A DNA stretch of 64,000 nt, from contig OZ234493.1 of the NCBI GenBank assembly GCA_965153455.1, positions 11,026,213 through 11,090,212 of the forward strand, given 5' to 3'. The translations under genes and the position numbers were made by a program. Positions 1 through 13,925 of the stretch are shown here, piece after piece. Source of the stretch: Sphagnum compactum (taxonomy: Eukaryota). Each line of letters starts with the position of its first letter. Position 1 is the stretch's first letter. The notes below the pieces were generated by a model, which was given only the letters and a program-made list of their open reading frames with translations, was not told the DNA's origin and made no database searches.

Positions 1-1029
1 CACTCACTACTATATATTGAGGTTACTTATAATTCTTTATAAAATTAGTTTTCAAGGTTGTTGACAACACAACCCACACATTCACTTTAATGCTTAAATT
101 ACACATGTTTCTTGAACTAAGCAAACATCAATGGAAATAATGCTATGTACATACATAAGAAAACAAGTTCACTTAGGCCTTCACGCATACATTATTTCCT
201 CCTTTCATGGTTGAAAGGCTCAACAAAAGATAATATGAGCTTCAACAAGGGGAAAGGTTTACTCACAAACGAGGCCTTCATTTGAATAAGCGAAATGATA
301 AAGCCTGAGTTCAAAAGCAGTCCTTCAAGCTCAATGGATAAGACCTATTCACTCATTTACAACTCATACATACATCCCTATGCCATAGAGATCTTGTTTG
401 TGGTGCAAGGCTTTGTGAGTTTTGTGGTCTCTTAATGACTTGTAGGAAAGATTGAAAAAAAATTGAATTTTTTAGAAAAAGAAAAATGTCTGATAATCAT
501 TGTGTTTCCCTAACAGCAAAACAAGATATTTGTTAGTAGAATATGAAATTCAGTAAACTATAAACTCAATTTTTGGACCCAAGTTTGGCCTTTCGAAACC
601 ATTTCTTTATATATTTTGCAGGACAGGTACTTCCCAACAAGTAACAATTAGAAAATAAAATACTGCTAACAAGAATTGCCAAACGGTGCACAAATGGAAT
701 GTGTGAAATGAACTTGTTGAAAGACTTGAGCATAAGCTAATTCATTAGGCTTCAAAATTGATAGCATATTATGTAACAGGTAACTTCCCAAAGAACATAG
801 CGGTTTGAACCATTTTTTTCCCCCAAAGGACTTGTGTGTTTTGAGCCATTTTTTCACTCCTTTGTTTTAACCAAATACCTGGCTAAGATCCATGAAACGA
901 TACCATGGAATCACCAATGGCACCTAAACACTATAACCCTCCAACAATTTACTCTTCTACCCAAATGACAAAAAATTTGCTGCACCCCATTTAAGTCATC
1001 CCCTCCAGGATTGGACAAACAATGACTCG

Positions 1030-1830
1030 TCTTTTGCATCACATCACGATTCCTGTTCATCCCTCTGACATTTGACCTGATCTAGTTTTTGCATCATGTT
1101 TTCAACTCATCCCTGCAACATCTCTCACTTTTATCCCACTTATGAAGATCCCTTTGTTTGCATCATGTTTTCATCTCATCCTTCCAACACTGGTTGTCCC
1201 TATTGCCCAAATGATGAAGATCCCTTTATTTGCACCATGTTATCAAGTACATCCTTCCAATGCTTGTTGTCCATATTGTCCAAATGATGAACATCCCATT
1301 TGTTTGCATCATGTTATCAAGTTCATCCTTCCAACGTTTTGTTATCCTTATTGTCCAAATGATGAACATCCCTTTATTTGTGGGCCTTTATTTGCACCAT
1401 GTTATCAAGTTCATCCTTCCAATGCTTGTTGTCCATATTGTCCAAATGATGAACATCCCATTTGTTTGCATCATGTTATCAAGTTCATCCTTCCAACGTT
1501 TTGTTATCCTTATTGTCCAAATGATGAACATCCCTTTATTTGCGGGCCTTTATTTGCATCATGTTTTCAGCTCATGCTTCCAACATTGTTATTCCATTTG
1601 ATCTAGATAATGAAAATCCCCTTTGTTTGCATCATGGTTTTCACCTCATCTGTCCAACCTCGTTCTCCCCTTTTTATCCAGATGATAAAAATCTCCCTTT
1701 TTGCATCAAATATTCAGCGCATCCCTCCATCATTTTTCTGGCCTTTTGCATCATGTTGAGCTCATCCTTCCAGCAATTTACCCTTTTTGTTGAATTGAAG
1801 ATCCGTTTTTTGCATCATGTTCAGCTCATC
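1030..1830. repeat. Degenerate tandem repeat (about 70-80 bp units) with a near-perfect 162-bp higher-order duplication
   Basis: Core TTTGCA(T/C)CATGTT...TCATCCTTCCAA...CCAAATGATGAA(C/G)ATCCC recurs about 10 times. TGCACCATG at 1231 and 1393 gives the 162-bp period, which explains the 54-aa repeats in ORFs 1142..1606 and 1230..1601. Confidence 0.9.
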
Positions 1831-2042
1831 GTGAGCTACATTTCTGCTTCAGACGGCGTATCCATCCAAGCTGTAATGAAGAGGCTATCATGCTAAATAA
1901 GTGTGCACACTTGGGCAGGCAGGCAGACCCCATGGTTGAATAGTGGGGAGCTGTGAGAAGGAAGGAGCGTTCTGACAGAGACGACATAACGTGGCATAAT
2001 CTTCACCCTCCATCTTCGTAATCAATTTCTCTGAAGTCCTTG

Positions 2043-2060
2043 CCCTAACCCTAACCCTAA
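2043..2060 (+). promoter_or_regulatory. (CCCTAA)3 telo-box-like motif near the probable 5' end of the SMI1/KNR4 gene
   Basis: CCCTAACCCTAACCCTAA at the start of a GC-richer stretch, followed by a strong donor (CTG|GTATGT, about 2274) typical of a 5' UTR exon. Confidence 0.35.
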
Positions 2061-3218
2061 CTGGAGCGAATTTGCGGGTTTTGCTGCTGGTGTTGCACGA
2101 TCACCGCTCTCGGCTTCGTCGCATGACGTCTGAAGATAATAATGTATGCGTGATGATGTAGCTGCGTCGTCGTTGTTTGGAATTTGAGGGCGGGAGTGAT
2201 CTGACGTATCGGGAGGTTTTGGGAGAATTTGCACCGGCAGAAAGAGAGGAATTCTGAGCAGGATCTCGCACCTGGTATGTAACTTAACCTTTTTGTTCCT
2301 CATCGCGCACAACCGGTTTCCTTTTCCAGCAACTCCCGTAGACTGTGTTGTTATTCTTCCTTGGTTTCTCTGGAATTCGTAGACGTTCTTTTTTGTGTAA
2401 TTTTTTCTCTTTGTAGTATGGAGTCGAATGTGTTGTGAAGCCTTTTTATGGGGATTGCTGAGTTTTTTGTGGTTTGATGAGTTCTAAGTTGGATGTTGTT
2501 TGGAGCTCGGTCGTTGGGCTGTGATTAGGAGGTTGAAAACGGAGATCTGTGTTGACAAGAAGGCGAGTTGGAGCTAGGGTTTTACTTGCTTTCAGTGGTT
2601 TGGTCCAGAAGTTTTTGTTTGTTTGTTTCTCTGGTATGGGACTTGGAGGCTAAAATTTCCGCTAATTGTCACGACATTCACAAATCTGTCTCTGCTTCTG
2701 TGGAATTCTGGGAAAAGCTAGAACATGCAAGAGGAAAAAGGATATGAACTTTGGTCAAATCCTTCTGCCCTGGAAGATTTCCTTCGGTTGAAAAAACAAT
2801 TCGAAGTGATTTTAGATCAAGGTGGATATCAAACATTTTCAACTCAAAAGGTGAACCCTAGTAGCTAGGGTTGAAACAATGGAATCCATGTGAAGTTAAA
2901 CACCCAATGCTGAAAGTATTCAAGCTGCCAAGCTGTCATTACAACCTGCCAAGCCATAGAGGTCTGGGGGTGGCAGTGAAACATATATATTACTTAATGG
3001 TAGCACAGTCCTGTGTGTGGCATTTAGATGGAGAACATAGGTTTCCAAATTGAAATCAAAGGTGGGGTTATATTGGAGTCTCCCCTGTGCAATCATCTTG
3101 TTACTGGGAGCTGGGACATTCCATTACCTCTGCTGTAGACTATGTTCAAGTGTTGGTTAATCCTATCCCATGGGCCATGGCAGGTGGTGATCTGTCAGGA
3201 ATGGAATATTGAATCAGT

Positions 3219-3791
3219 ATGGAGGATCTTTGCCCTTTGCTCTCCTTGGAAGAACGAATTGAGCGCTTGCAAATTCATATTGCTGCAGTTGGGTTGAACC
3301 TTGGGACACCTCTCACTGAATTGGAGGTACTGGAATTTGAAAGAGCAAATGATGTTCAAATTCCAGAGGACTATCGTGCCTTCATTACCTGTATTGGCTG
3401 TGATGGTGATGGGCCTCCATACTATGGCCTAGAGTCTATCAAGTCAAAGGCAGTAAGGGAGTACACTGCTCACATGGAGCGTGTTTTCCCCTTCTCAAGA
3501 CCATGGTTATGGGAAGATGGGGAGAAGTCTGATGAGGGAACTTATGAGCAAGTCAAGGATGGCATCCTCTACTTGGGCACTGATGGGTGCTCCATGGATT
3601 GGGTCTTGGTTGTCACAGGTCCACAGCGAGGGCAAATCTGGCAGCATTGTGATGTGGCTATTAATCCTGGTGATTCCCAAAATGTCTTCTCATGGAGCTT
3701 CTTGGACTGGTATGAAGACTGGTTGGAGAAGTTTATGATGGGGGAGGTTGACCTTCCATTTTTCCAATTAAGAAATAGACGACCATTGTGA
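3219..3791 (+). CDS. SMI1/KNR4 (SUKH superfamily) domain protein, 190 aa, intronless CDS
   Basis: SUKH signature LTELEVLEFERANDVQIPEDYRAFI, then GDGPPYYGL, FPFS, GILYLGTDGC, VLVVTGPQRGQIW and C-terminal SFLDWYEDWL. In-frame TGA 9 nt upstream fixes the start. Acceptor CAG at 3181-3183 implies 5' UTR intron(s). Confidence 0.88.
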   Translation: MEDLCPLLSLEERIERLQIHIAAVGLNLGTPLTELEVLEFERANDVQIPEDYRAFITCIGCDGDGPPYYGLESIKSKAVREYTAHMERVFPFSRPWLWEDGEKSDEGTYEQVKDGILYLGTDGCSMDWVLVVTGPQRGQIWQHCDVAINPGDSQNVFSWSFLDWYEDWLEKFMMGEVDLPFFQLRNRRPL

Positions 3792-5660
3792 AGAACTTAT
3801 GTGGCAAACTTGCTTTGACATGGAGACCTTAGTTCAGTGACCCTAGTTTCATTTGTAGACTTTTGAGATGTGTGCAAAGTACTGGTTGTCTTAGGAATCT
3901 GGTTTTGAAGCAGTTGATTAGGTCTCAAGTGGGATCTCAGCTTCTCAGCATCTGTTGCTTGAGCTCATTGATATTTATTGTCCTGCTTTCTGCATGGATT
4001 ATCTGATAGAGGAATGGTTTGAGTCACATAGTGTTGGAGTCAATGATGTGTAAAACATGTGGATGATGTATAGTACATGGTGGGGGGTTCTTCACAAGGA
4101 TCTTTGTTCTTCCAGGCAGCAATATGTATTGAAGTGTTCAGCACCCCTATTAAGTTTTTAGGGCCTTCGTGTGTGCAATGTTTTCTTAATTTGCAGTGGT
4201 CATGGGACCTGTATAGGGCTGCAGGACTTCAAAATGGGAGAAATTTTTTAGTACTATTGTCCTTTTGAACTCTGGAGTTACAAATGATCAGCTCTGGTAA
4301 ACATTGTTTGTACAGTCTCAATGTTTATAGACTTATTGGTATTTGAGTCTGTTGTGCAGCCCTGGTGTGGACCCTGATTTCTCTTCAAGGTAATGGAAAG
4401 TATGTAGTGGTGGAGTATTTCCCATACACCTACCCATAAAAGTATCTTGTATAGAAAGGGATGTTCTGCACCATGAGGAAAAGGTGCATGCCCTCAACAG
4501 AACCAAGTAGATTGTCTATGGGCTACACTCTGTTGCAGACCCATCTCAAATTATCTCAGATTGTGTGGTTATCATGGTCATCACTAACAACCTGGGTGAA
4601 AATTGCAACAAGTACAAGCTAGCTGTGGGTAGATTGAGGAATTGACTCAATGCAAACAGGGGCCATGCTCATTTGTTAGGTCACAGGCCCATGTGTGCTC
4701 GCAAGCCAACACAGAAGCATGATCCCATTCTCCTTTAGATTCAAACTTGAGGATCAAGAAACAAAACTCAACACTTCTCAGATACAGCATCCTCTGAAAT
4801 CCTCAAAAAGCAATCAGTACCATCAGTTGTAACAACATAACAGTAGCACACAAAGCATGCAATGGAAGATGATCAGATTATCTCGAGAGCAGCAATTGAA
4901 AGCTGAAAACATGACAAATATTGCTCATAATGTGTGGCCATGAGGTTGGATTTTGACATTATATTTGGTAGGACCTGTACTTCACAGGGTCAGTTACTAA
5001 ACAGCTGCAATGAGCCTCAAGCTAGAGAAGCTATGCCTCAACAAAAACATCTTGCCCAACTACCAGAAAGAGAGATGAAGTGCAAGTCCCAATGAATGAA
5101 AGTGACTTGGAAAGACCAGCCTACCATACTAGCATAGGCAAAAGGACAGCCACCACTGCAATCTGCAAACATGCAAATATGCTGTCTCTTCCTCACTTTG
5201 GCTGGTTTATCTCCCGAACAGAAATCTGGAGGATGTTAGGATTAACTCACACCAGAGATGCTGCATACTCAGGTCATGGAATGTTACTTCACAATTGAGA
5301 ATAATTATACAAAATGGAGTATAGCAGATATGTGAGGCACAGAATGGATTTCCTGCAACAAGGGGCTGGTCAGCAAGAAAATATTGTTGGTAGGGTTGCA
5401 GTAATCCACAGAACTATGTAGGATAGAGGATTGGGACCTATGTCCACCAGAAATGGATAAGCAACCCTAACCAGAAGGACAGCATCACCAAATACTGACA
5501 CCATTCAATGTTTACTTGTGGCAGTGTTCACACAATTTTCACCCCATGATCTATGAGGTCTTTATTGACTGTACTGTCCAAGGTATCACGTTGGTCTGAA
5601 AACAGAAACCAATTCATGAATACTACACATTTGCAAATTTAGAGTTTAACAGTTTTTGCC

Positions 5661-7678
<2,018 letters not shown>

Positions 7679-10600
7679 GACTACTACAGGAATGAGGCAA
7701 ACACTTCACGCTCCAATCCACTTCACAGCGCCCACCCTCGCTGCTGCTTGAAGTGCTGCTGTTCTCTTCTGCTGTTGTTACTCTTCGCAGTCCTGTCCGG
7801 GGCGCTCTTCTCCTCTGCTGACGTCGGGATTGATGGATCGCGATTGCAGTGCGTAAGCTTGGTGTGATTTTTATATGCGCGTCGATTAATAAAAGTCTAG
7901 CTTCACGCATTGCAGACGACATCCATGGCGAGGCTTGACGTGAAAAACATGCAGATTTGCTTCACTCATACGGTCAACAAACTATATATATAATCAAACA
8001 ACTCTCTTCTCTTCTCTCGAAGGCTCCGAAGATCGACAAGTTATTGTATTCTGCGCATCTGCACGTACATGTAAAAGAAGAAGGAGATGCCGCTTTTTTC
8101 TTCCCGGAAATGAGCAAAGCCATCTCCTGATTTCCGGGGTCAATTCTGTCACCTAAAGGTCAAACCTTTGAACAGGATACGTACCTTGGTACTACTGCTT
8201 CCAGTACCTCTTGTGGGGTCTGGGATGAGCATTGAGAATCGTTGCAGCAGTCGAACCCCTTAATCCGCTTCCCATGTTCCTCTGCAATCAGGGTTCTTCA
8301 GAGTAGTGGATCCTCTTTGCATTCTTTCAGGAAGGATTGCATATTTTCTTTCCTCCTTCCCGTGAATTCTCTGGCTCTGAAGCTTCACTTTTACAGCAGG
8401 GAGGTTTTAGTCAGAAGAGTTCAGTTTTTCCCAGATAACCAAGAAGCATGGTGCTTGAATCAAGGCCTCTTCTCCATGTTTTATTCTTCCTTCCTCTAGA
8501 CAATGATCATCTTGCAGGAGTGGGAGTATGTGCCTCGTACCTAACCATTTCTCATGGAAGGACACAAATGGATTTCAAGTTTTAGGGTTTGTAAATCCTT
8601 GAAGAAATCCCTCTCAGTATGACAGTCTAAGAAGATGGCTTCTTCAGTGGTATATGGCTCACTCTGGCACATCACTTGTAAATGTTTATTACTGCAGTCT
8701 GCTGATTGAAAAGTGCAAGACACTCAGAAACTGGAAATTTGTGTACCATGAAGGCTTTCCTCAACACTTCTGGTTTGCAGCAGGATTTCCTCAGGCCTGA
8801 ATGCATGAACATTTTGTTTATGCATTCGTTTGTTTATATGTGCCATGGGCATTTCTCTCTTAGTGAGTATGTGATCATGCTAGATATTAATCTGATCCCT
8901 GCACAAGACAAATGTACAAGGTGGATATGCAATCAGCAAAGAGTTTCCCTCTTGTACCGAGCTTGACCTCCTTTCCAACTGATGAATAGTTGTTTAGCTG
9001 GTAACTTTCTCCTGGAAAACACTATCACATCTGTGGTGTATGTTCTGTTGGCAAGTAGCCTCTGTATCTGCAATTGTCACGAGATACCAAGATATAAAAC
9101 ATTTGAATCCAGATTCACTATCTGTTTGTTGGTTTGTCTGTTCTAAGAGCATCGATATGTGGGTGGAGGAGTTCATCCAGCACACAAATTGTGTGAACAG
9201 ATATGCTGGTAAAGGAATTTTGAGCATGTGCAAATGTTATGAGACTGAGAGTCATTGCAGGGCATGGGATTGGGATTTGTTGATATGGCAAAGAGGAAGG
9301 TAAAATGGTGCAGACTGTGATTTTTTCTCCCAATGTTGGCTGGCTGTGATGATCAATATTTTCTTGGATGTCAGAGAAGATGTTGTATGGCCTGTAGAGG
9401 GCCCCGATAGTGTTCATATGCATTTCTTTTGCAAGTGTTGTTTCCAGCACAATACTTAGGAATGTACATTGAAGTCACCACAGTGAAATGATTACATCAC
9501 TGTGACCAACTAGAGCGGAATTGCATAGCTGAGAAGGCTTCAGTAGTGGATCTTTTGTGATGATTTGCATCAGAGTTGTAAAAGCTTTGGTTATGCATCA
9601 AGTAAGCAAATTAACTTCATGGGGTCCTATCATGTCAACTGTTTCCTGTCAGGAAAACTGAACCTCATAGTAAGACAATAGTAGAATGATGTAAGTGCCA
9701 AATGGTAATTGACAGAATGTAGGTTTCAGAATGTGCATGGCTCCAGGGAGGCAAAAACAAGTCTGATAATGTCATATTTCTTACATCACAATAAGTGGAA
9801 TATACCCACACTTTCTTCCCTCAAGGGATTCAATATGGTACATGTAAGTACATGCACTGATGTACATATTTTGTGGGAACTATTGACAAACAATTGTTTT
9901 TCACAGTCCTGAAGATGGGCAAGAGGTCTTACAGCTTGAATATCTAGTTGGAGAGCACTTTCAAACAGACTGGTAACTTTGAACTTGATCAAGAGTCAAC
10001 TAGGGTTTCTGATCTTGATTTCTAGAGACTGGATTTTGGCTTTCAAATCTCATATGTGCAAAATGCTTTGTTTTGGTTCGATGTAGTATGAGTTCTAGCG
10101 ATTTGGAAACTCTGAATTGACCTGTGCCCTGAGGTTGGAAGCAATCAACTGATATTGTCAACTAGTAGCTGGATCTCCCTGTGTGCTTCTTGTGGCTTCA
10201 ATCTTCTGCAGCTTTGTGCTTTGTGGTTCTGGCAGGTTGGTGCGGTCGATGACACTAATCTGGTGGTAACTGTTTCTTCAAGAGGCTTTTCTCTCTGTGT
10301 TTAATGTATCATAGTTGCAATCTATATAGCATCATTTTAAGTTTCATAAGTGCCATGGCTCTGGCAGTTGTAGAATTGGAGTGGTTGACGACACTAAGTT
10401 TTTTAGTGACCCAGCTCATGCAGCATGTATGGGTGGTTCTCCATGTGATTGCTCTGGGTGTAACTAGTAGGTTTTCCCACCATGATCTTCTGCAAATTGA
10501 GAACATAGAGGTTTTAGGATTAGGTATGCTTGGTCTGAAATTTGTTGGAAAGCCTATGTAATGGCTTGCCAAGTCATTAGTTTAACAGTTGGAACTGATA

Positions 10601-13600
10601 TTTCTTTCTCTAAGTGTAGCAAAGTTGCAATATGGAGCTCTTCAGGGACTCAGTATTTTGAAGGGTCCTTGCACAAGTTTCTTGATGATTCCGCTCTAGT
10701 GAGTTGGAAGACTTTGACCACGTATAGCAAAATATTAATGTGACAGAGATCTCAGATTGCTCCAGATGAAGCTAAGTATAGCATCATGGCCAAACTTCTT
10801 CAATTTGGTACCCGCATCTTTGTGCACACCCATGCAGATTTTGATCATCTTACTATTTCTTATTGGAATCCTGAACACAACAACAAATATGTACTTGCAG
10901 ATCAGGAGAGATCCATCGTTTGAGTTGAATAAGCCTCAACCTTGGTCCAATAATTCAACCTGTCTACTTATCCCAAGTCCTGGGGGAAGTGTTCTCAGTT
11001 CCATTTTGCTCCTTTGCTGCAGATAGAGCTAATTAGAAGAGAAAGCAGTGACAAATGGATTGGTGATACATGATCAGGCTTGGTTGGCAGACACAGGATA
11101 ACTCAAAATATTTTTTTCATGCTGAAGGACCATGCAGCCAATGCTATTCCAATTTATTCACCTTTCCCTTTTTCAGAAGCATGATGTTGTGAAGGGGAAT
11201 GGTGCAGTTGCACAACACAAAGCATTAGTCCAAACAACCAAATACACTCTAGTACACAAGACAAACATGATATAAACATGACTTTTCAGAACATGGTTTG
11301 AAGAGTATGATGTTGTTACAAGACCTATAAAAGCTATGTCCAGGCTATATATTCCATCTGCACTTTATAGAAATGAAATTACATCCAATTCTTCAAAGAG
11401 ATTCCTAGACTAGGATTCATGAACTTTTGTTTTGTGCTTGATGCCTCCCAATTACAATACAATAGCTTTTGAGTGTGCAACGAGTAACATTGCCATTCCA
11501 TTGTGCTTGAGTTCTATTATTTGCTCCCCTGAGTCTCAACTACGGCAAGTGGGAGGACTAAAAACTCAAGATCCTGATAAACATTAGAGAAAGGACATTT
11601 CACATTTCCTTGGTTCATTAGAATGCCTATTCAAGTTTCCTCATGTGCCACTTGAGCCGTCAAACACATCCATCCTTGACAAAAATTTCTCAAGCATATT
11701 TAAGTGAGGGTGTTCCATCCTTGCTCATGGGCATTTCCATACATTGGTTGGAACTAATATATCCATGCTTGAATCCTTCAATTATGTAATCAACTTTAGA
11801 TCTGAAATGAAACCACCCCTATGAGTAACAATGAATCCTCTATCCTTATTGTCCCCACTCCCTTATTGTCATCACTGATTTCTATCTGCTTTGATCTTCC
11901 CTTTGTTCTCATTTGGTGACCTATGAATACTCCTTTGAAAGCAATGTTCCTTCTCCTAAGCTCTTTCAGCCATATATGCACACATCATTTTGATAGCTTT
12001 TCAAGCTGCCCATGGGGGTTGAGGAATAAAGCTTTTCTTTTGGTAAGCTATATGGACTTCAATGGGACCCTTGACAAACTCTTGCTTGGAGTGTTATGTC
12101 ATCTTTGAAACACTTAAAGCAACAGTTTGTGCCATTGTTTTTATTGCAGTCCAACATGCCAAAAATACCTGCCAAAAGACCATTTGTAACTTTCAAGAAC
12201 AAGTGAACTCCATCTATCATAAGTACTCAAAAAAACAACACTAAGAATTGTACAGACACATGTAGAAATCACAACTAGGACTGAATATGAACCAATGGGT
12301 ATGGGGAGTCGAGTACCTTGCACTTTCCCCATTTTTCTGGTTTCCAACAGTTTGTCTGTAGCCATGTAAAAGCTGAGCTACAACCAGGATACATGCTTCA
12401 AACTAATGCTTCAAAAAATCAACCAAAATGTAATCAAGTTGAAAAGCATTCAAACTGTGAGAAAACTCTTTTGGAGAGCTAGCATTCCCCTACTTAGGAG
12501 AAATCAACTCACTTGAGTTAGCACAAGAGCAAAGTTAACCAAATCGTTGACTGAATGGATTGTGCAGAACTTAATTCCAACCTGAATAACAAAGATGATC
12601 AGGTTAGAGGATTAATGGCAACATGTGCTGTAGCACTGATGTGTGCATTATGTTCATCATGAGATTGACCCCATCTTCTTCTTGTTTTCCGTCACTATTC
12701 AGTAGTCTCACTACATTTGCTTTAGGGAACAAACATGGCCCTTAGTTAAACACAAACCTAAAAACAATTTTAGCAGACAAGCCATTGATGCACGTGCATA
12801 GTGTTCGTCATGAGACTCACCATCTCCTTCCTTTCCATCCCTGGCCTGGATTTACAACATTTCCTCCTTGACCTAATTCAGGGAACAAGCATGGCCCTCA
12901 CCTAAGCTTAGACTTAGAAAATAATGACAATAGACAACCCACACTACCAAGGCGTATCTATAGCACAATTCACAGCTATTGCAAAAACAATGTAGCCCAA
13001 TTTTTTGATCTCTATGACCTACTTCACTTTTCCAAAAAAAACTTTCAGATTTGTTCACATAGGATCTCAACTTTCTTCACTCAAACTATATTACCTATAT
13101 AGAAGAATTGATTTGGCTTTTCATTACCTTAAATGCCACACAAGAACTTCATTGTACATTCCCCATACAGAATTAAAGGCATGACAATAACAGCTCGAGT
13201 GAACTCCATCAGCACATATCACCATGTTGTTTTCAGACTCTTCTTCAGCTAATTTATCAGGCCTTCTTACTGCACCATAAAAACATTACTTTTAGGAGCA
13301 AAATACCATCAAAACCCAAAGAAAGCTACAAATACTTGTTGGGTAACTGAAATTTGGTTTCTCACAAAGTTGCCATGTGCCATCTATGAACATCAAATCT
13401 CAAGTTGAAAATCCCAAATGATTTGTACTAAAAAGAAAGATGAATTGATGTGGTGATGAGAAAAAATAGGGGAAACAATTGATGACACAAACATGAAAGT
13501 GGATATGAACAATGTCACAAAGATTGTAGTTTTGCTTTTGCTTATAAGGAAGGATGTTACCACCATGTACATATATTGTGTAGAATTGTCCATGTAGTAG

Positions 13601-13925
13601 ACCTACAATACTATATTGTGATGTAAAACTGTCAAAGGGAGACTATGTGATGTGATGAGCGCCCTATACTAGTGATCTTGTCATGCAATTTGCAATTGTT
13701 TTACTCTTGAAACCAAAGCCCCAAACCCATTTGGTTAATCTTCCACATGTGCAAGATACGAGGCTAAAAACCTAAGATACGTGCAAGGAAACCAAAATTT
13801 TGGAAGGATGCATGCTCCTTACAAAGCTTCACAAAGGCTATGTTCCTTTTCAATTCTTGTTGTTCCGCTTGAGCTCCCAAGATACACCAACCTCTTAGGA
13901 TTAGATGGCGCCACAAATCCACTCC

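Noticed and set aside
1142-1606. Cys/His-rich repeat ORFs resembling a metal-binding protein
   Set aside because: Several frames are open over a DNA tandem repeat; this is an artefact of the 162-bp period.
1030-1830. CRISPR-like array
   Set aside because: The inter-repeat segments are themselves homologous, there are no unique spacers or cas genes, and the context is eukaryotic. The same applies to the 54-bp arrays.
2043-2060. Interstitial telomere or chromosome fusion site
   Set aside because: Only three CCCTAA units, not the plant CCCTAAA array; better explained as a promoter/UTR motif.
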